From Nitrosopumilus sp. (lineage in GTDB: Archaea; Thermoproteota; Nitrososphaeria; Nitrososphaerales; Nitrosopumilaceae), in contig OZ244651.1 in assembly GCA_965218695.1 (NCBI GenBank), positions 1,248,001 to 1,312,000 on the forward strand: DNA of 64,000 bases. The letters are read 5' to 3'. The notes beneath the pieces were generated by a model. That model made no database searches. It saw nothing but the letters and a program-made list of their open reading frames with translations, and was not told the DNA's origin. How positions within the stretch are numbered: position 1 is the stretch's first letter; every line of letters begins with the position of its first letter. Below, piece by piece: positions 10,735 through 21,129 of this stretch. The position numbers and the translations under genes are program-made.

Positions 10735-12496
10735 CAGCTAACCCAAATCTAATTCACTACACGCAAGTCCAACACGTGATGCCATGCATTCTGATGTAAA
10801 ACTGCCCGCAGGTTCCATGAAAACGGAATTAGTCGACCGACACGCGCATCCCAAACCCGGAGTGCTGGCATCCTGTCCATGTGATGTGCAGATATCGACG
10901 CGGCGTGAAAAAATGTGCGCAATATGCCCTGTCATGCGGCATGCAGGCAGGCAGGCAACAGATGAGATCAGGCGGGCACTGGCCGGACGCCGGGCAAGTC
11001 AGGCAAGCCCGGCGGGGGTTCGGGACCGGGCCGCTGCCCAAGGATCCACAACAGCAGCACGAACTTTAGCGCAGTCTGCGTGGTCTTGGGGCCGGCATGG
11101 TCTCCTGACCGGAACGCCAAAAGCGCGTTGGCTGCAACCCACAGGTTGAATAACAGCAGGGAGTACAGGAAGCAGAAGAGGCGCGCGACGCGGTTGCGGC
11201 TGCGCGTCTTGGCCCTCATGCTCTCTATCTTGGCGTATCCGGTCTCTATCCCCCATCGGGCGGCATACGCGTCGGGGTTTATGCCCGGCACGCTGGTGGC
11301 AAACCCGATGTACTTCTCTTCTGGTTTGGCGTTGGGATCTTGGCAGCCCTTTCGCCTCACTATGGACAGAAAGCACGATGCCGACTTGCCCCGGCCGTGC
11401 ATGACGTACTCTGAGACTGCGTTTCTGGTGCCTTCTGCAAACTCCCGCAGCGCCTCTGCCACCCCGGGGGTGTTCCTGGCAGGCATGAGGTAGTCGATTC
11501 CCCTGCTGTTTAGCGCGTCGATCGTCTGCATTGCAAAAAATTCCCTGTCCATCAGGACAAGGCCGATCTTGGCTCCTGCGGCAAGGCAGCCGTCAAGCAC
11601 GGCTCCTGCCATGTCCGGGCCTGACGTGAGCGCCGGCACGCCCAGCGCGGCAAGGTTCAGGCGCGCGCCGGGGTTGACTGCTTGGGCGGTGATGTATCTT
11701 TCAAAATATTTTGTCCCGTTTTTGTACCTAGAGCGCGCAAGCTCGGGACCGCGCGTTCGGTCATACCGGGATATCAGGTGCATGTCTATGGCGACTGTGA
11801 GCCCCTCGACAGGCAGCATGCCTGCCTGTCCCAGCCGGTCCAGCTGCCCAGAGACTGCCTGCCTGAACCGGCACGCCATGTTGTCCTCGTCGATGCCAAG
11901 CAGCCTCAGCCGGAACCACTCGTCACTTGGAACCGCATGGCCTGCCCTTGCGTCTCCGGCCTCCGATGTTGGCCGCATGCCGTTGGCCGCGCCGCCGACT
12001 GACGTGTCAAGGATGGCTCCCCTCACCATGCCGTCGCTCAGGTCCGATACGCCGTATTTCCTGTTGCGTCCGGCCGGAAGAGGGACGATCGACCCGACGA
12101 CGTCGCAGAGTCCCGGCATCATTTGGCAGCGGATCCGGGAGTTGTTTCGGAAGTCGCGCATGATCTTGTTTGCCCCCTGATTGGAGGGCACGCCGTGTCT
12201 GCTCATCCCGGCTGCCTCCCCGGGGCGTGCTGCGTTTGTGCCTGCACGGCACGCCTTGCCGCCGCACGGGTGCGCTTAAATAAAAACCCGGCAAGGATAT
12301 TATGGATTCTGGGTTGTCCTGTGTGGTGGTGCATGCCGTGCATCCCCGAATCCACTTATCTGCACAACAACCATCCCGAGCCCGGAATGCGGTCCGATGT
12401 GACGTGCGTTGACACTGATCATCTAGGTCGAATGCTTCTGCAGCCATGTTTTGGCGCATGTGCGTTACGTGGACAAAATTACTTTTGGGTTAGCTG
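10735..12496 (-). mobile_element. ISH3-like insertion sequence, 1762 bp
   Basis: TIR CAGCTAACCCAAATCTAATT / CAGCTAACCCAAAAGTAATT (18/20); flanking direct repeat ATACAT at 10729-10734 and 12497-12502. Confidence 0.9.
10968..12206 (-). CDS. ISH3-like DDE transposase
   Basis: AIDMHLI, LMDREFF, Y..RWGIETGY motifs. Confidence 0.88.
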   Translation of the reverse strand: MSRHGVPSNQGANKIMRDFRNNSRIRCQMMPGLCDVVGSIVPLPAGRNRKYGVSDLSDGMVRGAILDTSVGGAANGMRPTSEAGDARAGHAVPSDEWFRLRLLGIDEDNMACRFRQAVSGQLDRLGQAGMLPVEGLTVAIDMHLISRYDRTRGPELARSRYKNGTKYFERYITAQAVNPGARLNLAALGVPALTSGPDMAGAVLDGCLAAGAKIGLVLMDREFFAMQTIDALNSRGIDYLMPARNTPGVAEALREFAEGTRNAVSEYVMHGRGKSASCFLSIVRRKGCQDPNAKPEEKYIGFATSVPGINPDAYAARWGIETGYAKIESMRAKTRSRNRVARLFCFLYSLLLFNLWVAANALLAFRSGDHAGPKTTQTALKFVLLLWILGQRPGPEPPPGLPDLPGVRPVPA

Positions 12497-12667
12497 ATAC
12501 ATGGCAGCAGTACCATTTGCAGCCCCGTTCGGGCACAATCCGTATGTCCCTGCACGATTCCCTCATGCAGGATTCAGACCGGGGGCGGCTGCCTGATGCT
12601 CATGCCTGTAATGGAAGCCATGCCCTGCATCAGACGGGTTTAATAATCATTTTTGGCGGTCTCTACT

Positions 12668-13888
12668 ATGGTCGTCGTAATTGATCCCCAGATTGCCGGC
12701 GTATCCGGCGACATGATGCTCTGTTCCCTGGTGGATCTTGGGGCAGACGAGGATCGAGTAATTGACGCGATAAGAAGATCCGAGGAGTTTCTGCCGGGCT
12801 CTTCGATTAGGGAGATTCGGTTCTGCCGCATTAAAAAGAACGGGATTCAGGCGGTGGGGCTTGTTCTGGATGTGGATGAGGATGTGCAGGAGAGGACCGG
12901 TGCTGACATGAGGGCGGCCGTGGCCAATTCAGTCGACACGCTGGAAATCTCCAATGATGCGCAGTCATTTGCAGTATCCTGCATAGATGCCCTGATACTG
13001 GCAGAATCCAACATACACGGGACCGGGGAGGACTCTGTCCATCTCCACGAGGCATCCAGCTTTGACACCGTGGCTGACATAGTGGGGGTGGCAGTAGCCT
13101 TGGATAGCCTGGGTCTGTTCGATGAGGAGATTGTATGCCTTCCGATAGCAGTGGGTGGAGGCTCTGTGACGTTTTCGCACGGAACCACGTCCAATCCGGC
13201 AGGTGCCATACTTGAGATCTTCAGGGGCTCGGACCTTGCAATCATGGGAAGTGCTGCCGGTGGCGAGACCACCACTCCCACGGGCGCCTGCATTCTGGCA
13301 AGCCTGGCAGATAGATCCGCAGAGTTTTACCCTCCGATGAAGGTTGCATCCGTGGGTTATGGTGCAGGCCAGAAGGACTTTGCAGGATTTGCAAACGTCC
13401 TGAAGGTCGTCAGGGGCACGACAGGCAGCCTTGGCATGGACACTGTAAAGATTCTTGAGACAAACGTAGACGATGTCTCCGGAGAGGTTCTGGGAAACAT
13501 GATTGAAAGGGTGATGAATGACGGTGCACTGGATGCATCCATATGCCCCGGAACAACCAAGAAGGGCCGGCCAACAAACCTGATATCTGTCATATGCAGG
13601 GACGAGGACGTTGAGCGGATCGTGGATACCATGGTGCTGGAGACTGGCACCCTGGGGGTGCGGATCTCTGAATCCTCCCGGTTTGTAGTCTCCCGCACAA
13701 TCCACAGCACCCACGTATCCGTGGGGGGACGATCATTCCAGGTAAGCTTCAAAAGATCCGCGTTCAAGGGAAGGACCGACTTTAAGATAGAGTTTGATGA
13801 TCTGAAGCGGATATCTGAGGCAGTCGGCAAACCAATTAAAGAGACCGAGTCGTTGATACGAAGGGAGATTGAGGGAGCCGGGACATGA
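12668..13888 (+). CDS. larC: Nickel-pincer cofactor biosynthesis protein LarC
   Basis: AGVSGDM, HLHE, TTPTGA, ETNVDD, KKGRP, ETGTLGVR motifs. Confidence 0.92.
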   Translation: MVVVIDPQIAGVSGDMMLCSLVDLGADEDRVIDAIRRSEEFLPGSSIREIRFCRIKKNGIQAVGLVLDVDEDVQERTGADMRAAVANSVDTLEISNDAQSFAVSCIDALILAESNIHGTGEDSVHLHEASSFDTVADIVGVAVALDSLGLFDEEIVCLPIAVGGGSVTFSHGTTSNPAGAILEIFRGSDLAIMGSAAGGETTTPTGACILASLADRSAEFYPPMKVASVGYGAGQKDFAGFANVLKVVRGTTGSLGMDTVKILETNVDDVSGEVLGNMIERVMNDGALDASICPGTTKKGRPTNLISVICRDEDVERIVDTMVLETGTLGVRISESSRFVVSRTIHSTHVSVGGRSFQVSFKRSAFKGRTDFKIEFDDLKRISEAVGKPIKETESLIRREIEGAGT

Positions 13889-14682
13889 CACATCTTGATG
13901 ATCTTGTTGGGTGGTTTGAGGGCAGGTCCGGGACGATGGTTGCACTGTCAGGCGGAGTCGACAGCGCCCTTGTTGCGTATGCTGCATACCAAGGACTTGG
14001 CAGTATGGCGCTTGCCGTGACTGCCGACTACAGGACACTCCCAAGGGACGAACTTGAAGATGCCAGGCGGGTCTGTTCTGAGATTGGAATTCGGCATGTC
14101 CTCTTGGAGTATGACGAGCTTGAAAACGAGGACTTTGTCCGGAACGACTCCTCCCGGTGCTTTCACTGCAGAATGGATCTGGGGACGCGTCTGGGCGCAC
14201 TGGCCAGGCAGCACCATATCACGACCATCGTTGACGGAACCCATGCAGACGACATGGGGGAATACCGGCCCGGAATCCGGGCACTGAGGCAGAACGGCAT
14301 ATTGAGCCCGCTTGCGGATCTCGGCATCACCAAGCTGCAGATACGCAAGGCAGCATCATCTGTAGGGCTGTCCATCCATGACAAACCTTCAAACTCGTGC
14401 CTTGCATCCCGCATACCCTGGGGCCAGAGGGTGACTGCCGAGAGGCTGACCAGGATCGAGTTTGGTGAGACTATCATCCGGCAGATGACTGCGGCAAGGC
14501 AGGTTCGGGTTCGCGATATCGACGGCTCTGCAATGATCGAGGTGGAAAAGAGCATGTTGCCTGCATTTCGGGGGAAGGTTCTGGGGCAGATTACCAAGAG
14601 ACTGCTGATGATTGGATTTACACGGGTCGAGGTTGATCCGGATGGGTATTCGCCTGGGAAGATCAACGTGATTGCAGATTGA
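13885..14682 (+). CDS. larE: ATP-dependent sulfur transferase LarE
   Basis: SGGVDS PP-loop, RCFHC, YRPG, CLASRIP, QVRVR motifs; 4-bp overlaps with both neighbours. Confidence 0.92.
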   Translation: MTHLDDLVGWFEGRSGTMVALSGGVDSALVAYAAYQGLGSMALAVTADYRTLPRDELEDARRVCSEIGIRHVLLEYDELENEDFVRNDSSRCFHCRMDLGTRLGALARQHHITTIVDGTHADDMGEYRPGIRALRQNGILSPLADLGITKLQIRKAASSVGLSIHDKPSNSCLASRIPWGQRVTAERLTRIEFGETIIRQMTAARQVRVRDIDGSAMIEVEKSMLPAFRGKVLGQITKRLLMIGFTRVEVDPDGYSPGKINVIAD

Positions 14683-15842
14683 TCTATCTGGACAACGCAG
14701 CATCGACGATGATCCACCGGGACGTACTGGACTCTATGATGCCGTACCTGGCAGAACAGTACGGCAACCCGTCATCGATACACCGGCACGGAAGGGCTGC
14801 CCGCAGGGCAGTCAGAAAGGCAAAGGGACAGATTGCAGCCCTGATTAACGCCAAGCCATCCGAGATTCTGATCACGTCTGGCGGCACCGAATCAAACAAT
14901 ACTGCCATAATGGGCGTGGCCGCACGGGAACCCTCCTGCCATATAATAACATCCTCAGTCGAACATGACGCTGTCCTGGAGCCGTGCAGAATGCTCCTGG
15001 ATGAGGGCTTTGATGTGGAGTACCTCCCGGTGGACGGGTTCGGCGTGATCAGTCCGTCTGATCTCCAGGATCGGATAACTGACAGAACGCGCCTGATCTC
15101 TGTCATGTTTGGAAACAACGAGGTCGGAACCGTCCAGCCAATATCCGAACTTGCCCGGATCTGCTGCGACTGCGGAGTGCTGTTTCACACCGATGCCGTC
15201 CAGGCAGTCGGCAAGACCCCGATAGACGTCCGGGCGCTTGGCGTTGATCTGATGTCAATCTCCTCTCACAAGATCCACGGCCCCAAGGGAGTCGGTGCGC
15301 TGTTCATAAGGGACGGCATCCGAGTCGATCCCCTGATTCTGGGAGGGGGGCAGGAGCGCGGACTTCGTTCCGGCACCGAGAATGTGGCAGGAATCGTGGG
15401 GTTTGGCAGGGCGTGCGAGATTGCCCGGGAGAACCTGCATGACAACATCGCATATCTGAAGGGACTCCGGGACGCCCTGGTTCGGGGGGTTCTGGATGCG
15501 ATCCCTGCCGTCACGCTGAACGGGGATCCTGCGTCAAGACTGGCAAACAATGCCCATTTTACGTTTCTTGGCGTAAACGGGGAGGACATGATAATCAAGC
15601 TTGACGAGTACGGGGTTGCAGCGTCGACTGGTTCTGCCTGTTCTGTCAACGTCCAAAAGGCCTCGCACGTGTTGCAGGCAATGGGATTCTCCCGCGAGCA
15701 GATCACCGGCTCCCTGCGGCTGACTGTGGGGACCCTTAACACCATGGACGAGATGGCACAGGCAATTGAGATTCTCAAAAAAGTCGTCAGGGAGCTGCGA
15801 GCAGTCTCACCGTTCAAGGAAAAATACTCTTTTACCGGCTAA
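14679..15842 (+). CDS. iscS: Cysteine desulfurase (IscS/NifS class I)
   Basis: IYLDNAAST, GNPSS, HTDAVQ, SSHKIHGPKG, STGSACS. Confidence 0.92.
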   Translation: MIYLDNAASTMIHRDVLDSMMPYLAEQYGNPSSIHRHGRAARRAVRKAKGQIAALINAKPSEILITSGGTESNNTAIMGVAAREPSCHIITSSVEHDAVLEPCRMLLDEGFDVEYLPVDGFGVISPSDLQDRITDRTRLISVMFGNNEVGTVQPISELARICCDCGVLFHTDAVQAVGKTPIDVRALGVDLMSISSHKIHGPKGVGALFIRDGIRVDPLILGGGQERGLRSGTENVAGIVGFGRACEIARENLHDNIAYLKGLRDALVRGVLDAIPAVTLNGDPASRLANNAHFTFLGVNGEDMIIKLDEYGVAASTGSACSVNVQKASHVLQAMGFSREQITGSLRLTVGTLNTMDEMAQAIEILKKVVRELRAVSPFKEKYSFTG

Positions 15843-16665
15843 ACTGCAGTAGTGCCGTCCTGCCCCTTGCCGCCAGGACTGCAACTGCCATGCCTGCGCC
15901 CAGGGCAATCATGACTGCGGCCCCGAACTCCGGAACCACGTATGTTCCGATCACGTCAATCCTTGAATCGCTCTGCACAAAGTCGACTGTTATCACCCTT
16001 GAATCCGAATCCCCTATCGTCTCCTCGTATGCTGTCTGCACTTCGTCGACTAGGACGATAAACACCTCGTCCCTTCCGCTCTGCTTTTCGGCCCCTATGA
16101 ACTCCCTTGGCAGATTCATGGTGATGGATCCATCATCTTCTGTCTCCATCTCCACCACTATGCCCAAGTTTGGTGAATCCACAGTTATGTCGCTGAGCGT
16201 GCCGCCCCTGATGGTATACTCTACATCAAAGGTTCCGTAGCTTCCTGCATCTACTTCAAAGATATCCGTAGTAGACTTTGGTGCTGATTCCGGGGAGTAC
16301 CTAAATGTGGTCTCTGCAATTCTTCCCTCTCCGTACAAGGCCCTGATTGTATACTTTCCTCCCTTGTTCCACTTGTCGCCTTCCAGGATGATGGTGTCCG
16401 AGTAGCTCTTGTCCTCCTGCGCCACCTCAATCTGCGCAACGTCTATCAGGACGTTGCCCGTTGCGAATACCTGTAATATGACAGGTGTGCCTGGTATGAC
16501 GATCCCGACACTTCCAGAGATTACCATCGTATCGCCCTCGTTGTAGTGGCTGTCATCTGTCTGTACTGTAACTTGTTGCTCCTGTGCCCCGGCACTGCCT
16601 GCTGAGACTGCAAGCAGCACTGCCACTACTACTGCCGCTATGACATAAAACACATTACTTTTCAC
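15832..16665 (-). CDS. PEFG-CTERM sorting domain surface protein
   Basis: Signal peptide; VVPEFG + TM helix + basic tail; GTG start at 16665 inferred. Confidence 0.85.
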   Translation of the reverse strand: MKSNVFYVIAAVVVAVLLAVSAGSAGAQEQQVTVQTDDSHYNEGDTMVISGSVGIVIPGTPVILQVFATGNVLIDVAQIEVAQEDKSYSDTIILEGDKWNKGGKYTIRALYGEGRIAETTFRYSPESAPKSTTDIFEVDAGSYGTFDVEYTIRGGTLSDITVDSPNLGIVVEMETEDDGSITMNLPREFIGAEKQSGRDEVFIVLVDEVQTAYEETIGDSDSRVITVDFVQSDSRIDVIGTYVVPEFGAAVMIALGAGMAVAVLAARGRTALLQFSR

Positions 16666-16806
16666 ATGGTTTACAGGGCATGTTTGTATATCTCTTTTAC
16701 TGTCAAGTGGCGGGGCCGTTGCCGGCGCGATGGCACATGTCAGCCTATGACGTGATGATGATGCAACGTCCGGCATTCGAGAATGTAAAAATGAAAAAAT
16801 AAAGAA

Positions 16807-17670
16807 TTAGTATCTTGGCATGATACTGAGTCTTGACCTTGCAGATACTGCAATTATGGCAACTACTGCCACTGCCAAGATCATGCCTGCAATCGTACCA
16901 AACTCTGGAATCACACGGGATCCAAATACCTCAATCATCTCTGCGCCTGCCAGGAACTCGACTGTTATGTTGCCGTCGTTGTCTATACTGACATCATCCC
17001 ACTCTTCCCCATCGACAGATATCAGGAATATGCCTTCCTGAACTTCACTTGGGATGGCTAGCACCAGTATTCCGTCTTCTTCTGCATCGATGTTGATTAT
17101 GATGGAGTTGTCCTTCTGGTTGATAGAAGAGTCTGTTATGGTCCCGCCGGAGATGCTGCCTGTCATACAATACCCGACAATCATCACCTCTTCAGCAGAA
17201 CAGTCCTCTTTACCTACTTCCATCATTGTGCTGCCTGCCAGTTCAATCCGTACACTGTTGCTCTTTTCAGTGCTTCCGTAGCTTGCCTCGATGGTGTATG
17301 TTCCTTCATGCTTCCATATGATGCCTGCTGTGTTGAATGATGTCGAATATGTCGAATCCTCTGCCACATCAAGCTGCGCAACACTGACTATGGTGTTGTA
17401 CGGGTGTGGGCTTGTGACCGTGACTGTGATTGGTAGTCCCGGTGATATGTTTGCCACCTTGCCATCTACCTGTATGATGTCGCCTGATTCGTATTCTGCC
17501 TTGTCTGTCTGGATTGATACTGCCGTATTGACTATCAGTCTGGCCTCGTTTAGATCCTCTTCACAATCTACACATGCCTGTGAGCTGTCTTGGGCGTATG
17601 CTGATGATATGGTTAGGGTGCCAACTACAGCTAAAATTGCTAATAGCATAAATGGTGTGCGGCTGTTCAT
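16807..17670 (-). CDS. PEFG-CTERM sorting domain surface protein
   Basis: Signal peptide; VIPEFGTIAGMILAVAVVAIIAVSARSRLSIMPRY. Confidence 0.9.
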   Translation of the reverse strand: MNSRTPFMLLAILAVVGTLTISSAYAQDSSQACVDCEEDLNEARLIVNTAVSIQTDKAEYESGDIIQVDGKVANISPGLPITVTVTSPHPYNTIVSVAQLDVAEDSTYSTSFNTAGIIWKHEGTYTIEASYGSTEKSNSVRIELAGSTMMEVGKEDCSAEEVMIVGYCMTGSISGGTITDSSINQKDNSIIINIDAEEDGILVLAIPSEVQEGIFLISVDGEEWDDVSIDNDGNITVEFLAGAEMIEVFGSRVIPEFGTIAGMILAVAVVAIIAVSARSRLSIMPRY

Positions 17671-17694
17671 CTTATTTTGCGATACTGTTATCCC

Positions 17695-17705
17695 TATTTA
17701 TGTAT
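17695..17705 (-). promoter_or_regulatory. TATA-containing promoter motif ATACATAAATA
   Basis: 24 nt upstream of ATG 17670 on minus strand. Confidence 0.65.
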
Positions 17706-18028
17706 TTTAAGGGAAATTATGCAAGTACGCTGCCAGGATGGGCCGTACTCTGCGTCTTTTTCTGATGCTGCTGCTGCGGCTCCCTCCGGACTTGATCATC
17801 ATCATCGTCATCCCGTTCCCTTTGAGAAGGTATGGTGGAATCTCTGTCTGTTCCTTGTGTCTCTTGATGGCGTCATGCTGCTTGAAGTGGCATTGTGTCT
17901 GCAAGGGTGTTGCTTGTGGCCTCTGTTCCCGTATGGTGGGCTGAAGGCGGATCCGCCAACCGTACCATGTCCTGTGGTGTGGCGGCAACCAACGAACCAA
18001 TACTAAAAAAATAATAAAAAAGTATGAA

Positions 18029-18874
18029 TTAGTATCTTGGAATGATGCTGAGTCTTGACCTTGCAGACACTGCAATGATGGCCACCACTGCTACTGCCAA
18101 GATCATGGCTGCAATGGTACCAAACTCGGGCACTATGACTCCGTCTTGGATATCCACCATGACTGTGTCGGTGTATGCTTCATCGTCGAACTGCTGTGCT
18201 GTTACTGTGTATATGCCATCCTGTTTCCACAACGGCCCGCCGGTAGTCAGTATCGCACTGAACTCTCCGTCCAGTGTAGGCGATGCCTGATCAGCCGTGA
18301 CCACGTTTCCGTTTGGCGCAGTGACTGTCAGGGAGATATCCTGACTTAACTTGTCAGTTGTTCCAGTGATCACGATCTCTGTGGATCCGACACTTGCATC
18401 TGCGCTGATTGTTATTCCAGTCGGCATTGTTGCAGTTGTACTGCTTCGTTCAAACAGGGGTGCTATGTTGGACTCGTTTTCCATTGTCTTCAGCGCCACT
18501 CCGTCTCTTATCTCAATGATGGTGTCCAGTATGTGCAATGTGGCTCGCTGCGTGACTACGATCGCATAGAATCCGTCCTCGTTCCATGAAGGACCGATTT
18601 TGAACTCTTCTGCAAATTCTCCACTAGAATCTGGCGTGATCTGTCCGACGGCAACCACCTTGCCGTTTGGTGATGTCACCTTGAGGGTCACATCCGTGGC
18701 ATCTGAAGTCGTCATGCCGTTGACTGTAAATGACTCTGCTCCGTTGTCTGCCATTACGGAAATGGCCATTCCTTCATTTTGGGCAAACGCATTCTGCTGA
18801 ACCAAAGTCATCGAAATCAGCGACAGTGTCAGTATGACTACTGCAGTCGATCTTGTTGAGGGTCTGAATTTCAT
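18029..18874 (-). CDS. PEFG-CTERM sorting domain surface protein with two internal repeats
   Basis: Signal peptide; duplicated V(T)(S/A)PNG.VV..Q..P...GEF unit; PEFG tail. Confidence 0.9.
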   Translation of the reverse strand: MKFRPSTRSTAVVILTLSLISMTLVQQNAFAQNEGMAISVMADNGAESFTVNGMTTSDATDVTLKVTSPNGKVVAVGQITPDSSGEFAEEFKIGPSWNEDGFYAIVVTQRATLHILDTIIEIRDGVALKTMENESNIAPLFERSSTTATMPTGITISADASVGSTEIVITGTTDKLSQDISLTVTAPNGNVVTADQASPTLDGEFSAILTTGGPLWKQDGIYTVTAQQFDDEAYTDTVMVDIQDGVIVPEFGTIAAMILAVAVVAIIAVSARSRLSIIPRY

Positions 18875-18898
18875 CTTGATCTTATACTTTTGTATTGG

Positions 18899-18909
18899 TA
18901 TTTATGTAT
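18899..18909 (-). promoter_or_regulatory. TATA-containing promoter motif ATACATAAATA
   Basis: 24 nt upstream of ATG 18874 on minus strand. Confidence 0.65.
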
Positions 18910-19243
18910 CACACTCCCCGATCCTGCAAACTCCGCTTACAGTCCAGAATATTTCCTAGCACAGCCACCATGTGATGGCGATCCGGCGCGTAATGACACT
19001 CAAACCGGCTTTTGGGATTGCTTTGCATTCCCGATGCAGAGATGGGCGTGTCTGCACCCGGATCGTGCACGGCCAATGAATCCACAAGTGTGCCACACTT
19101 GCAATGATGGTAATCCCGTGTCCTTTTTCGGGTGGCGCAAGTCATCTGCAGGACGATGTTGTGTGTCGAGTCAGCACCGTCTTGTCAGGATGACTCCGGA
19201 CGGAAACAAACCACACGCAGAACCATACAATTCTAAATAAAAA

Positions 19244-21107
19244 CAGTTAACACAGAAGTAAAAGATCCTGCCTGACATGCAGGACACGCCCGCGCCATCT
19301 CGTACACATCCGCACTGAATCTGCAGGCGTTGCCAAAAATAGCTGCCGGCAGGTGCAAATTACATGTCATTGCAGCTTAAAAGAATGGAGTGAGAGTACC
19401 CGTCAATGAACCACCATGAACGGGCTCACACACCATATCGGATTCACGGAATTGGGATTTAAGGTTTGCACGGCTGCTGCCGGAAACGGCGCTGCATCAG
19501 GCAGGCGGCGAAACCCGAAGTGACTGCCATGCCCGGCCCGCAGAACCGCATGCAGCGTTCCCTGAAAAACAATCCGGCCATGATGGGCGGGCCGGTCATG
19601 GACGGGGTATCTGAGACGTTTGATCCCGGAATTCCGTCCCCCAAAAGGCACAACACCACGTACGGGCCGGCCGATTTTCACAGGGTCATGGTGGCAGCTG
19701 CGCTGCTTGGCGTCTCGGCCTTTGGATACGCGTCTGCCATGCGCAATGCCACGACCTTCCTGTCGGGGCTGAAAAAATCCCACCGCCGGGCCGTCAGCGG
19801 CGAGTGGATCCGGGACACGATATCCAGGATCAAAAGGGATCAGCTGATCAAGGCGTTTAACGAAAAGATAGGCGTCCAGCTGGACAGGTTGCAGGAGCTG
19901 GGCATGCTTGCAGGCAGGAAGATGGACGTGGCCATAGACATGCACCTGATACCCCGCTGGGACTCCAACCACAACGAAGACGTAGTGCGCTCAAAGAGCA
20001 AGGGCAAGACGGGCAGTTTTGAGCGCTACGTCACGGCGCAGTGCGTCAACAGGAGGATGAACCTTGCGCTTGGCGTGATTCACATGCCCGCCCTTGAAGA
20101 CGCCTCTGATTTTGTACGGCGGATCATCAAAACGTGCAGGGACAACAGGGTCAGAATCGGGGTTGCCATGCTTGACCGCGAATTCTTTTCCACCGACGTC
20201 ATCCGGACACTGCATGAGACGGGCGTGGACTTTCTCATGCCATGCGTCAACACGACCAACGTGATCCGGGCCATCGCGCAGTTTGATCGCGGGGAGCGCA
20301 TGGCAGTGTCCAGGTTCCGCATAGCAAAGACCAAGAACGACTACGAGGAATACACCATGATAATAACAAAACGCAAAAGAAAAAGCAGGAAATCAGGCGG
20401 CAAAAAGCCCGAGGAGGAATACATCGCGTTTGCCACAAGCGTGCCCGGAATCAAGCCAGACCTGTACTCCAAGAGGTGGGTCATAGAAACGGGATACAGG
20501 ATGGTGGAGAGCCAAAGGGTAAGGACGCGCAGTACCTCCAGTACCGCACGGCTGTTCTGTTTTCTCTACTCGATGATCCTGTACAACGTGTGGGTTCTGG
20601 CAAATGCCGAGCTGACACGCAATCCGGGCATGTCAGGCGGCAGCGGGGTGTATTTGACAATGAGGCAGATTGACATGAAGGCAATCCTTTTGCTGATGAC
20701 CATTCCCCGGGATCTTGCCAGGCACAAGCCGCCGGATCCGTGCTGCATCTGCCACGCTGCCGGATGCGCGGCCGGCCGCCGCATCCAAGGCACCCTGCCA
20801 CCCCTGAAGTAGATTCTGCAGAACCGTCTCTTGCAGGAATGGACGGACGGACGGACGGTGCGTAGCCATTCCGAAGAACCGGACGCAGTACTGCGTTTTG
20901 CCTTCAAACGTATCCAGCGTGCCACTGAATGTTTGTCTTTTGCCCATGGGCACGGCCACCGACACCCGGTACCGCCATGCCCACGCCATGCATCTAGATC
21001 ATGCAGGCAGGACAAGACATTGGCATGTTTGAGGCTTTCAACATGGGTATTGGAATAGGCATTCTATCCAATCATGCACTAAATTGTTGCTACTTCTGCG
21101 TTAACTG
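19244..21107 (+). mobile_element. ISH3-like insertion sequence, 1864 bp
   Basis: TIR CAGTTAACACAGAAGTA / CAGTTAACGCAGAAGTA (16/17); 5-bp TSD AAAAA; sits in the oligo-T tract downstream of the PEFG gene ending 21130. Confidence 0.88.
19529..20812 (+). CDS. ISH3-like DDE transposase
   Basis: AIDMHLI, MLDREFF, YSKRWVIETGY; start uncertain (19466-19580). Confidence 0.88.
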   Translation: MPGPQNRMQRSLKNNPAMMGGPVMDGVSETFDPGIPSPKRHNTTYGPADFHRVMVAAALLGVSAFGYASAMRNATTFLSGLKKSHRRAVSGEWIRDTISRIKRDQLIKAFNEKIGVQLDRLQELGMLAGRKMDVAIDMHLIPRWDSNHNEDVVRSKSKGKTGSFERYVTAQCVNRRMNLALGVIHMPALEDASDFVRRIIKTCRDNRVRIGVAMLDREFFSTDVIRTLHETGVDFLMPCVNTTNVIRAIAQFDRGERMAVSRFRIAKTKNDYEEYTMIITKRKRKSRKSGGKKPEEEYIAFATSVPGIKPDLYSKRWVIETGYRMVESQRVRTRSTSSTARLFCFLYSMILYNVWVLANAELTRNPGMSGGSGVYLTMRQIDMKAILLLMTIPRDLARHKPPDPCCICHAAGCAAGRRIQGTLPPLK

Positions 21108-21129
21108 AAAAAGAAGAAAAAGATAAAAT

